A stretch of DNA of 45,755 nucleotides from a virus: the UHGV virus genome UHGV-0209863; one strand, given 5' to 3'. The notes beneath the pieces were generated by a model, which saw only the letters and a list, made by a program, of their open reading frames with translations, did not search any database and was not told the origin of the DNA. Both the position numbers and the translations under genes were made by a program. Below, one piece after another: positions 7,907 through 15,760 of this stretch (position 1 is its first letter; the number at the start of each line of letters is the position of its first letter).

Positions 7907-8398
7907 ATGATTGCATATCTTGAAAAATTCTTAGCACTGGTTGAGCGTTTCGTTGTTGCCCACGAACTGATTGCAGCGAACTCCGCAAAACCTAAATATG
8001 AAGGTCCGCTTACAGGTGAACAACTGGTATCTGGCGGCATTAAAGAACTACCGGTTGAAGGCGAAGACGTTATCGATACCAAACCGGCTAAAGCCAAACC
8101 TGAGCCAGAAGACGACATGGACGACGAGGAGCCGGAAGAGAAGCCGAAGCGCAAGCCGCGCCAGGCTAAACCGAAAGAAGAGCCGAAAGGCCCGGACGTA
8201 GCGGCGCTGCGCGAAGATATTAAGACCATCGCAAAGGCCATCGCTGCCGGTGATTCTGACGAATGCGCCGATAAGTTCGACGAGCTGCTGGAGGACTACA
8301 AAGTCCGCACCGTTACCAAGCTGGCCGACGAAGATGTCGAAGCCTTCCACAAAGACGCCACCAAGCTGGTCGGCAAATATTATGAGATTGAGGAGTAG
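7907..8398 (+). CDS. acidic protein with low-complexity KP/E-rich linker
   Basis: 163 aa. Middle segment reads KPAKAKPEPEDDMDDEEPEEKPKRKPRQAKPKEEPK. Confidence 0.5.
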   Translation: MIAYLEKFLALVERFVVAHELIAANSAKPKYEGPLTGEQLVSGGIKELPVEGEDVIDTKPAKAKPEPEDDMDDEEPEEKPKRKPRQAKPKEEPKGPDVAALREDIKTIAKAIAAGDSDECADKFDELLEDYKVRTVTKLADEDVEAFHKDATKLVGKYYEIEE

Positions 8399-8401
8399 GC
8401 C

Positions 8402-8650
8402 GTGGTAACCATCTATGTTACTAAATACGCTCTATCAAGTGGGGCCTTTAAGACCGATGCAGTGCTGAAAAACGATGGCACTTTCGCCTCCTGGCGTTCC
8501 AACGGATGGCCACAGTGCGCCAGCGGCAAAGACTTCTGGTTAACAGAAGCCGAAGCTCTGGCTGACTGTGAGCGACGCCGGACGGCTAAATTAGCGTCAA
8601 TCGAGAAGCAGCGCAAAAAGCTGGAAGCGATGCAATTCACCATTAACTAA
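8402..8650 (+). CDS. hypothetical protein (GTG start)
   Basis: 82 aa ORF starting at GTG. Confidence 0.35.
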   Translation: MVTIYVTKYALSSGAFKTDAVLKNDGTFASWRSNGWPQCASGKDFWLTEAEALADCERRRTAKLASIEKQRKKLEAMQFTIN

Positions 8651-8657
8651 CATCCGC

Positions 8658-8683
8658 GCCCTGGTTCGCCGGGGCCTTTTCTC
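8658..8683 (+). terminator. rho-independent terminator (UUCG tetraloop hairpin plus T-run)
   Basis: GCCCTGG-TTCG-CCGGGGC followed by CTTTTCTC. Confidence 0.5.
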
Positions 8684-8697
8684 AAGAGGATAAACAC

Positions 8698-8934
8698 ATG
8701 AAATACGCACTCTACGAAGCTGTCGACACCCGCGACGGCAAGCCGATGCTATGGCTGCATGACACGGTCAATCACCGCGTTGCTGTGTTCTTCATCAAGA
8801 CCGCGCCGTCACGCATTAAGCAGCGCACCGCCGCAGCGCCAGAGAGTATTGTCTGGGAGCCGGAAACCTCAATGCTGGTACATGCGCGCCTCGGCGACGC
8901 GAAGCATCTGGACGCGTGGGAGTTTCAGTCATGA
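8698..8934 (+). CDS. hypothetical protein
   Basis: 78 aa ORF. Its stop overlaps the next start as ATGA. Confidence 0.45.
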   Translation: MKYALYEAVDTRDGKPMLWLHDTVNHRVAVFFIKTAPSRIKQRTAAAPESIVWEPETSMLVHARLGDAKHLDAWEFQS

Positions 8935-9446
8935 AAATGGATAAAGTCGCCGGGTCAGGTAATGACGAGTTTTATACCCCCGCGTATGCAGTAGAGCCTT
9001 TGTTGAAATACGTAAATCCAGACAGCCGTGTATGGTGCCCGTTCGACACAGATGATTCTGTAATTGTAAAGGAGCTTTTAAGCCATGGTTGCGCCGTGAC
9101 TAATACGCATATCGAAAATGGTTATGACTTTTTCGACACCGATGTGCGTTGCGACATGATAATTTCTAATCCGCCCTACTCACTAAAGGCGCAAGTGTTC
9201 GAATCGTTGTTCTCCAGGGGAAAACCCTTCGCAATGCTGGTTGGTATTGTTGGCCTTTTCGAAAGCCAAAACAGATTTAACATGTTCAAAAATAATAAAT
9301 TTGAAATAATGTATCTCAATAAAAGGGTTTCTTATTTCAAAAGTTATGAGGACCAAAAACCGTCTTTAAACCCACCCTTTTCGTCAGTATGGGTTACTAG
9401 TGGTTTGCTTCCTTCTCAGATTGTTTTCGAAGAGATTAACAAATGA
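8931..9446 (+). CDS. phage Dam-type DNA N6-adenine methyltransferase
   Basis: N-terminal EFYTP and catalytic NPPY motif (IISNPPYS). About 170 aa. The 3' half is markedly AT-rich. The likely start is ATG 8931 (MKMDKV) rather than 8916. Confidence 0.7.
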   Translation: MKMDKVAGSGNDEFYTPAYAVEPLLKYVNPDSRVWCPFDTDDSVIVKELLSHGCAVTNTHIENGYDFFDTDVRCDMIISNPPYSLKAQVFESLFSRGKPFAMLVGIVGLFESQNRFNMFKNNKFEIMYLNKRVSYFKSYEDQKPSLNPPFSSVWVTSGLLPSQIVFEEINK

Positions 9447-10738
9447 AACTAAAATCAAAGAACACCAGCGGCAGCAACCAGGAGCACGCGTTACTGTCGC
9501 CATCGTCCGCAAAGAAATGGCTGAACTGCCCGGCGGCGCTGGCGTGTGAATTTGGTCTGCCTAACGAGTCCGGGCAGGCTGCGGTAAACGGCACAGTAAT
9601 GCACTTAGTCGCGGAAACCGTGCTTAACCGCGTCATCAAGGGCGACGACATCACCGCGGATAAGTACAAAGGCGTTTACGCACTGAACGAAGGCAAAGGT
9701 CCTATCAAGGCGCTGGTTAAGCCGGAGAAAGGCGCGGTGATAATCACGGATGACTTCGTGTCGCAGGTTAACAAGTACGTTGACTACTGCCGCACTATTA
9801 TCGACGCTGCCGAACTGGTCGAGGTGGAGTCCCGCGTTAACCTGACGCGTGTTCTGCATCCTGGCGCAAGATTGCGTATGCCAGCACCAGGTGGGGGATT
9901 GTTGAAAGATGATGCGCTACAGACCTTCGGCACTGCGGACCTGGTAGCTGTCATGCCCGACGGTATGCTCATCGTCGGCGACCTGAAGACGGGGAGGCAC
10001 AAGGTGCTGGCGAAAGAGAACAAGCAGATGATGCTTTACGCGCTCGGCCTGCTGCGAGTCTATAAGCGCCTGTACGATATCACGGCGGTGCGTCTGGTCA
10101 TCTTCCAGCCGTATGCAGGCGGTGCCGACGAGTGGGACACGACACCGGAGGCGCTGGAGCAGTTCGGCAAGTTCGCACAGGGCCGAGCGCTTAAGGCTAT
10201 CGACGCGTTCCAGCGCGGTAAGAAGGGACTGACACCGGCGGACTTCAGACCGGGGAATGATGCCTGCCGTTGGTGCCGCTTCGCGGAGAAATGTACAGCT
10301 AAAAGTCGTGCAGTAAAAGAAACAGACCCGCAAGATGGGGCTTGTGCCTTAGAAACAGAAATGTCGCTCGACCGGCTCAAGGCTGAGTACGATAAGTTGC
10401 CGTTAATGCGCCAGCACATCGCCGACATCGAGAAAGCCATGTACTCGGCGCTGATGCGCGGTGAGCAGGTAGAAGGGCTAAAATTAGTCGAAGGGCGTCC
10501 GGGGAACCGGAGTTGGAGCGACACAGATAAAGTGGAACAGGCAACAAATGACCATTGGGGCCTAATCCATAAGGAAGTGCTACTTAGCCCTACCGAGGCC
10601 GAGAAAGCATTAACGCCGGAAATGTGGGCTAAAGTGGAAAGCTTTGTGACACGCAAGCCAGGCCAGCCGTCCATCGCAACGTCTGACGACAAAAGGCCAG
10701 CATGGACCCCGGCAACCGATTCAGACCTGGAGGATTGA
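9443..10738 (+). CDS. PD-(D/E)XK nuclease, DUF2800/Cas4-like exonuclease with C-terminal Cys cluster
   Basis: N-terminal signature LSPSSAKKWLNCP. Also has a DLKTG..K motif and a CRWCRFAEKC cluster. Sits in the usual context next to DUF2815 and PolA. Confidence 0.7.
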   Translation: MKLKSKNTSGSNQEHALLSPSSAKKWLNCPAALACEFGLPNESGQAAVNGTVMHLVAETVLNRVIKGDDITADKYKGVYALNEGKGPIKALVKPEKGAVIITDDFVSQVNKYVDYCRTIIDAAELVEVESRVNLTRVLHPGARLRMPAPGGGLLKDDALQTFGTADLVAVMPDGMLIVGDLKTGRHKVLAKENKQMMLYALGLLRVYKRLYDITAVRLVIFQPYAGGADEWDTTPEALEQFGKFAQGRALKAIDAFQRGKKGLTPADFRPGNDACRWCRFAEKCTAKSRAVKETDPQDGACALETEMSLDRLKAEYDKLPLMRQHIADIEKAMYSALMRGEQVEGLKLVEGRPGNRSWSDTDKVEQATNDHWGLIHKEVLLSPTEAEKALTPEMWAKVESFVTRKPGQPSIATSDDKRPAWTPATDSDLED

Positions 10739-10739
10739 T

Positions 10740-11105
10740 ATGGATTGGGCGGAACTTTTTACTTACAACGAAGAGACAGGTAGGCTTCACTGGAGGGTAA
10801 AGTTCTGCCGTAAGATTAAGCCGGGGAGTGTAGCGGGTGACATTAACGCTCATGGGTACTACAGAATAACATTTAAAGGTAGACAGTACCTGGCGCATAG
10901 AATTATATGGGATATTCTGCATCCAGAAGACAAACTCAGCATAGAGGATGAAATCGGCCACATAGACCATAACCCATTAAATAACATGCGGGATAATCTA
11001 CGTAAAGTTGACCGTAAAACGAATGGGAGAAATGTTTCAATCGGAACCTTGAATACGTCAGGAACAGTCGGAGTTTACTGGAAAACCGAGAGCAGAAATG
11101 GTTAG
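10740..11105 (+). CDS. HNH homing endonuclease (HNH_3 type), truncated before its AP2 domain
   Basis: Contains YLAHRIIW and GHIDHNPLNNMRDNLR. The ORF ends ...GVYWKTESRNG*. Confidence 0.8.
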   Translation: MDWAELFTYNEETGRLHWRVKFCRKIKPGSVAGDINAHGYYRITFKGRQYLAHRIIWDILHPEDKLSIEDEIGHIDHNPLNNMRDNLRKVDRKTNGRNVSIGTLNTSGTVGVYWKTESRNG

Positions 11106-11227
11106 CACAGATAAAAGTTAACCAGAAAAGCATACATCTCGGTTATTTTTCAGATAAGAATGCCGCCATTGCAGCTCGTAAAGAGGCAGAATTGAAATAT
11201 AATTTTCATAAAAATCACGGAAAGTAG
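11093..11227 (+). pseudogene. frame-shifted AP2 DNA-binding tail of the HNH endonuclease
   Basis: +1 frame gives KWLAQIKVNQKSIHLGYFSDKNAAIAARKEAELKYNFHKNHGK*, the canonical AP2 continuation after GVYW. Confidence 0.6.
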
Positions 11228-11255
11228 TTGACATATAATTAGTACAGTATTATAG
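11228..11255 (+). promoter_or_regulatory. promoter (-35 TTGACA, 16-nt spacer, TTATAG)
   Basis: Shares the 15-mer AGTATTATAGTTCA with the 7534 promoter. About 55 nt upstream of the SSB-like gene. Confidence 0.45.
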
Positions 11256-11310
11256 TTCAATAACTGGCCGGGCAGCTTCCCGGAGTAAACTGAAAAGTGA
11301 GAATGAGACG

Positions 11311-12006
11311 ATGGGAATCAAACTTAATTTAAAACGGGTTCGAATTGGATGGTTGAACGTATTCGAGAAAGCTGCTGATTCTGTGAATCAGCAGGGCCAG
11401 CCGGTCAAAGGCAAGTATCAGCTTACTGCGTATTTGGATAAGAATGACCCTCAAATTTCAAAACTGGATGCTACCGTTCTTGAAGTGCTGACAGAAGGAC
11501 TGAAATCAGCTAAAGCGGCAGAGAAGTGGCTTGACAAAAACTATGGCTTCGGCAACCACGCGGATAAATGCGCCATTCGTGACCTGTCGGAACGTGACAA
11601 GCCAATCGAAGGTCTGGAAGAAGGTCTGTATTTCAAAGCTACCAGCCAGAAACGCCCGGTTATTATGACCTCGCTCGGTGAGCGCCAGGGCGCGGAACGC
11701 GGCCTTACCCTGGACGGCGACGATATCGAAGGCAAGGAAGTTTACGCGGGCTGCTACGCCAACATCTCTGTTGAAATCTACTGGTACGACGCGTATAAAA
11801 CGTTGCTGGTGAACCTGCTGGGTGTTCGCTTCCGCGAAGACGGCGAAGCATTCGGCGGTGCTGGCGAAGTGGCGACCGACAACGACCTGGACGATGACGA
11901 CGATAAACCGTCCAAGCCTAAACGCCGACCAAGCCTTGATGAAGACGATGGAGAGGAAGAACGCCCGCGCCGCAAACGTCGCAACTATGAAGACGACGAA
12001 GAATAA
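11311..12006 (+). CDS. ssDNA-binding protein, DUF2815-like, with acidic C-terminal tail
   Basis: 231 aa. C-terminus reads DNDLDDDDDKPSKPKRRPSLDEDDGEEE...EDDEE. Position between the DUF2800 and PolA genes matches the known module. Confidence 0.5.
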   Translation: MGIKLNLKRVRIGWLNVFEKAADSVNQQGQPVKGKYQLTAYLDKNDPQISKLDATVLEVLTEGLKSAKAAEKWLDKNYGFGNHADKCAIRDLSERDKPIEGLEEGLYFKATSQKRPVIMTSLGERQGAERGLTLDGDDIEGKEVYAGCYANISVEIYWYDAYKTLLVNLLGVRFREDGEAFGGAGEVATDNDLDDDDDKPSKPKRRPSLDEDDGEEERPRRKRRNYEDDEE

Positions 12007-12025
12007 GGATATTGATAACGACAAG

Positions 12026-12048
12026 GCCCGCTCATGCGGGCTTTTTAT
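12026..12048 (+). terminator. rho-independent terminator
   Basis: GCCCGC-TCAT-GCGGGC followed by TTTTTATT. Confidence 0.6.
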
Positions 12049-12060
12049 TAAGGAACTTCT

Positions 12061-14322
12061 ATGAGCCTTTTATTTCTCGATACAGAAACATTCTCCCCGG
12101 TCGACCTGAAGAAGTCCGGGGCTTACGCGTATTCGGAACATCCCGAAACAGAAATCATGATTTGTTCGTATGCGTTCGATGACGAGCCGGTGCAGGTCTG
12201 GGATAGCACAGACGGCAGCCGTATGCCGGAAGACCTGCGCAAAGGTCTGCGCCAGGTGCAGCGTGGCAAGGCTAAACTGGTCATGCAGAACGGCTTACTC
12301 TTCGACCGTCTGTTGATGCGCGAGTGCTGGGATATCGACATCGACCCGCGCAACATTATCGACACAATGATTTGCGCGTTCCGCCACTCCCTCCCCGGCA
12401 GCCTGGACGCACTGTGTCAGGTGTTGCAGGTTGAGGAGGAGAACGCCAAAGACAAACGCGGCAAGGCGCTCATTCAGCGCTTCTGTAAGCCTACGCCGAA
12501 GAACTACAAAGTGCGCCGCTACACAAGCGAGACGCACCCCGGCGAATGGGCGGAGTTCCTCTCCTACGCCAAGTCAGATATTTCTGCAATGCGCGAGGTT
12601 TATCACTCGCTGCCGCAGTGGGGTAACACGGAGTTCGAGAATGTAGTCCTGGCCGTCGACCAGCGCATCAACGACCGTGGCTTCTATGTAGACACGGCGC
12701 TGGCTAACGCGGCAATCGACGCGGTAAAGCAGCACAAAATTGAACTACAGGCAGAGGCTAACGCCAAGTGGGGTGCGGGCCTTACCGGAGCGGCGTTCCT
12801 GCCGACGCTACGCGACCTCGCCCCGGGCCATGAGATTCTCAACGCGCAGAAGTCGACACTTAACGACCTGCTCGCCGACGATGACCTGCCCGACGACGCA
12901 CGCACGATTATCGAAATGCGCCTTGGTGCGAGCTCCACGGCGTCGACCAAGTACAACCCGCTGCTGCTGGGCCTGTCCGCCGACGGCCGCCGCCGCGGCT
13001 GTCTCCAGTACGGCGGGGCTAAGAGGACGCTGCGTTGGGCTGGCCGCGGGTTTCAGCCGCAGAACCTGGCGCGCGGCCACTTCTCAGGCGACGAACTGGA
13101 CCAGGGCATAGATATGCTGCTGAAAGGCCGGGCGCACTGGCTTTACGATGTGTCGAAGCTGACCGCGTCGACGGTGCGCGGCTGCATCATACCGACCGCC
13201 GGTAATAAGCTGGTTGTTGCCGACTATTCCAACGTTGAGGGGCGTGGCCTGGCATGGCTGGCGGGCGAAGAGTCAGCACTTGCTACGTTCCGAGCTGGTA
13301 CGGACATCTATAAGGTGCTGGCTTCTTCAATGTTTAAAGTCCCTTACGACGAGGTAACAAAAGACCAACGTCAGATAGCCAAAGCTGCGATTCTTGGACT
13401 CGGCTACGGGGGAGGTGTCGCCGCTTTCCTTACGTTTGCTAAAAACCTCGGACTTGACCTCTATAAACTGGCTGAAGATATGGCCGGGAGTTTCCCGGAC
13501 CACATCTGGGCCGCGGCCAAGCGGGGGTATGAATATGCGCGCATCCAGGAAAAGAACAAGAAGGGTTTCGCGGGCCAGAAGGCGGACCGCCCATCTTACG
13601 ATTTACCTAAAAAGGTGTGGCTTACCTGCGACAGCATCAAACGCATGTATCGTGAGTCTAACCCGGCTATAACCCAATTATGGAGTGACCTCGAATCCGC
13701 AGCAATGAACGCCATCAAAGACCCGGGTACGGCTTACTGGGCGGGCGCGGCGGTGCGCGAGAACGGCGACCGGGCGATTAAGATTACCCGCACGTTTACC
13801 AAAGAGAAAGGCGAACGCGTGCCGGGGTGGTGGCTTAAGGTCGAGCTGCCGAGTGGTCGGGTACTGAGTTATCCTGGCATCGGTATTTCTGTTGAAAAGC
13901 AGGTCGAAGAAGAGGATTACTGGTACGCCGACGGCCCGGGCAAGAATGTCATGTACCGCGAGCGCATCCGCTACATGGGGGAAAACCAGACCACCCGGCA
14001 GTGGGGTAAACAGTACACCTACGGCGGGAAACTGGCTGAAAACTGCATTTCTGGTGATATGCTAATTTTGCAGGAAGGTATCGGTTTAGTTAGGTTAGAC
14101 CAGGCTAATCCAGATATTAGAGTGTGGGATGGGGTGGAGTTTGTACATTTCGAAAAACTAGTGTATAAAGGTAAACAAACCGTAACTACAAGATACGGAA
14201 TAACACTAACCCCCGACCATAAGGTATTAACTGAAAATGGATGGAAAACCGCATCACAGAGCGAAGGACTTAACAGGGCAGAAGTTGGGCTACCTGACGG
14301 CTTTAAGATGGATTGGGTCTGA
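12061..14322 (+). CDS. family-A DNA polymerase, N-terminal extein (3'-5' exonuclease plus pol motifs A and B) fused to the intein N-terminal splicing domain
   Basis: Exo I motif FLDTETFS, motif A DYSNVEGR, motif B RQIAKAAILGLGYGGG. The extein ends ...GGKLAEN, then Hint block A CISGDMLIL and block B TPDHKVLTENGW. Stop at 14320-14322. Confidence 0.85.
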   Translation: MSLLFLDTETFSPVDLKKSGAYAYSEHPETEIMICSYAFDDEPVQVWDSTDGSRMPEDLRKGLRQVQRGKAKLVMQNGLLFDRLLMRECWDIDIDPRNIIDTMICAFRHSLPGSLDALCQVLQVEEENAKDKRGKALIQRFCKPTPKNYKVRRYTSETHPGEWAEFLSYAKSDISAMREVYHSLPQWGNTEFENVVLAVDQRINDRGFYVDTALANAAIDAVKQHKIELQAEANAKWGAGLTGAAFLPTLRDLAPGHEILNAQKSTLNDLLADDDLPDDARTIIEMRLGASSTASTKYNPLLLGLSADGRRRGCLQYGGAKRTLRWAGRGFQPQNLARGHFSGDELDQGIDMLLKGRAHWLYDVSKLTASTVRGCIIPTAGNKLVVADYSNVEGRGLAWLAGEESALATFRAGTDIYKVLASSMFKVPYDEVTKDQRQIAKAAILGLGYGGGVAAFLTFAKNLGLDLYKLAEDMAGSFPDHIWAAAKRGYEYARIQEKNKKGFAGQKADRPSYDLPKKVWLTCDSIKRMYRESNPAITQLWSDLESAAMNAIKDPGTAYWAGAAVRENGDRAIKITRTFTKEKGERVPGWWLKVELPSGRVLSYPGIGISVEKQVEEEDYWYADGPGKNVMYRERIRYMGENQTTRQWGKQYTYGGKLAENCISGDMLILQEGIGLVRLDQANPDIRVWDGVEFVHFEKLVYKGKQTVTTRYGITLTPDHKVLTENGWKTASQSEGLNRAEVGLPDGFKMDWV

Positions 14323-14943
14323 CGGTAAAAAGTCAATATGGGAGTGCCGCTGCGAATGCGGCACTATTAAAAACATGGACGCTTCTGAATTTGTTAAACA
14401 GCAAAAGCGAGGAATCCTCGCATCATGTGGGTGTATGCGCAGAGCGTCTATAGGTAAAAGATTAACCCGACATGGTATGTCGCGGCATCCAGCGTTCTTT
14501 GTCTGGCGCTCTATGATAGACCGTTGCCGGTTGCCGACGCATCACGCCTGGAAGAACTACGGGGGTAGAGGGATACGCGTTTGCGAGCGCTGGAAAGAGA
14601 GTTTCGAAAACTTCTGGGCGGATATGGGGCCTACGTACAGAACAGGGATGGACCTGAACCGCAGAGACAACAACGGCAACTATACACCGGAGAATTGCAA
14701 ATGGCATACACGACGCAAGAACTCGAACAACAAAAGAAATTCCCGAATTATAGACACACCTTTAGGGAAAATGACCGCAGCACAGGCGTCTCGGCGTTAC
14801 GGGATAAAGTATTCAACACTTTTGTACAGACTGGACAATGGCTGGGATTCGGAAAGCGCGTTAAAGTCTACGACCTCGTTAACTGCGGGCCGAGAAACCA
14901 ATTCGTAGTGTTCGGGAGTGACGGGCCTGTTATCGTGCATAAC
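14044..14943 (+). mobile_element. intein inserted between PolA motifs B and C (900 bp, 300 codons)
   Basis: Begins at the Cys codon at 14044 and ends at HN (14938-14943) before the +1 Cys. Blocks A, B, F and G are recognisable. The first ~200 bp is AT-rich relative to the flanking pol sequence. Confidence 0.75.
14237..14908 (+). CDS. HNH-family homing endonuclease, in +1 frame relative to the intein splicing blocks
   Basis: 223 aa. N-terminus LTGQKLGYLTAL...WECRCECG...SCGC. Core YGGRGIRVCERW...DNNGNYTPENCKW...NSNNKRN (His-Me finger). C-terminal HTH-like GIKYSTLLYRLDNGWDSESAL. This frame is open from 14231. Confidence 0.7.
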   Translation: MDGKPHHRAKDLTGQKLGYLTALRWIGSDGKKSIWECRCECGTIKNMDASEFVKQQKRGILASCGCMRRASIGKRLTRHGMSRHPAFFVWRSMIDRCRLPTHHAWKNYGGRGIRVCERWKESFENFWADMGPTYRTGMDLNRRDNNGNYTPENCKWHTRRKNSNNKRNSRIIDTPLGKMTAAQASRRYGIKYSTLLYRLDNGWDSESALKSTTSLTAGRETNS

Positions 14944-15171
14944 TGCACGCAGGCGCTCTGTCGCGACCTGCTGGCGGTGGCGCTAGTTCGCGTCGACGCG
15001 GAAGGCTGGCCTATTATCCTCCACGTCCACGATGAGATTGTCACAGAGGTGCCAAACGAGCAGGAGTACAGCGTCGCGAAGCTGGAAGAGATGATGTGTA
15101 CTTTACCTAGCTGGGCCGAGGGGTTCCCTCTTGCAGCGACCGGTGATGAACTGATGCGCTACGCCAAATAA
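14581..15171 (+). CDS. DNA polymerase C-terminal part: intein C-terminal splicing domain plus C-extein with motif C
   Basis: Block F KVYDLVNCGPRNQFVV, block G GPVIVHN, then CTQALCRDLL...LHVHDEIV (motif C). The true start is uncertain: candidates are ATG 14581 or ATG 14701, the latter with GGAG 8 nt upstream. Confidence 0.7.
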   Translation: MRALEREFRKLLGGYGAYVQNRDGPEPQRQQRQLYTGELQMAYTTQELEQQKKFPNYRHTFRENDRSTGVSALRDKVFNTFVQTGQWLGFGKRVKVYDLVNCGPRNQFVVFGSDGPVIVHNCTQALCRDLLAVALVRVDAEGWPIILHVHDEIVTEVPNEQEYSVAKLEEMMCTLPSWAEGFPLAATGDELMRYAK

Positions 15172-15239
15172 TATTTGACTAATACTTAGCGATGGCTTAT
15201 CTTTAGGTCATCGCTTAAATACATCTGGAGACAGCCAAC

Positions 15240-15584
15240 ATGGCAAAAACGCCCGAAGGTGAGATTGTTGAATACATTAAAAAACAGCTTAAGGCCCGCG
15301 GCTGTTTAGTTCGCAAAATAGGATATGAGATGCGTCGCGGCTGCCCAGACTTAATCGCGTTTGTACCGATGCGCCCGGTAAACGGCATATGGCCGAAAGA
15401 AGGTGGCGCCGGTATATGGCTGCCGCCAATCACGGTATTCATAGAAGTTAAGAAGGATGAGAACACGCAACCAGAAGAACACCAATTGCGCGAGCATGAG
15501 CGAATCCGGCAGCATGGCGGTTTTGTCTGGGTGATTGGCTCTAAAGCGCAGATGGACGAGTTAATCGAAGAGTTGAAGCTATGA
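15240..15584 (+). CDS. VRR-NUC domain nuclease
   Basis: 114 aa with GCPDLIAF...IEVKK, the PD-(D/E)XK core of VRR-NUC. Sits between PolA and the SNF2 helicase as in known modules. Confidence 0.65.
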   Translation: MAKTPEGEIVEYIKKQLKARGCLVRKIGYEMRRGCPDLIAFVPMRPVNGIWPKEGGAGIWLPPITVFIEVKKDENTQPEEHQLREHERIRQHGGFVWVIGSKAQMDELIEELKL

Positions 15585-15760
15585 GACTAACCCTAAAAGA
15601 ACCAGAGCCACGTAAGCGCTGCATCCAGTGCCGTGAGCGACTGCCGCTGTCGGCGTTCCATAAGTCCAGCGTAGCTAGTATCGATGGTTACCGGAACATT
15701 TGTAAGAGATGCCGCAGGGAGACAGAAGCGGCGCGGATAAGAGAAAAGAGAAGCCAATGA
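15581..15760 (+). CDS. small zinc-ribbon protein (59 aa)
   Basis: MRLTLKEPEPRKRCIQCRERLPLSAFHKSS...ICKRCRRE. Two CxxC pairs. ATGA overlaps at both ends. Below the ORF-track cutoff. Confidence 0.35.
   Translation: MRLTLKEPEPRKRCIQCRERLPLSAFHKSSVASIDGYRNICKRCRRETEAARIREKRSQ

Noticed and set aside
9917-10692. 138-aa and 210-aa minus-strand ORFs inside the DUF2800 nuclease gene
   Set aside because: Antisense shadow ORFs with low-complexity Ser/Arg/Ala-rich translation. The sense strand carries clear nuclease motifs.
11506-12024. 172-aa minus-strand ORF opposite the SSB-like gene
   Set aside because: Antisense to a gene with a coherent acidic-tail SSB architecture. No RBS.
15709-15756. Longer N-terminus (MPQGDRSGADKRKEKP...) for the C5-methyltransferase
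   Set aside because: It overlaps the zinc-ribbon ORF. The ATG at 15757 overlaps that ORF's stop as ATGA and begins the conserved MNYYNEWD region.
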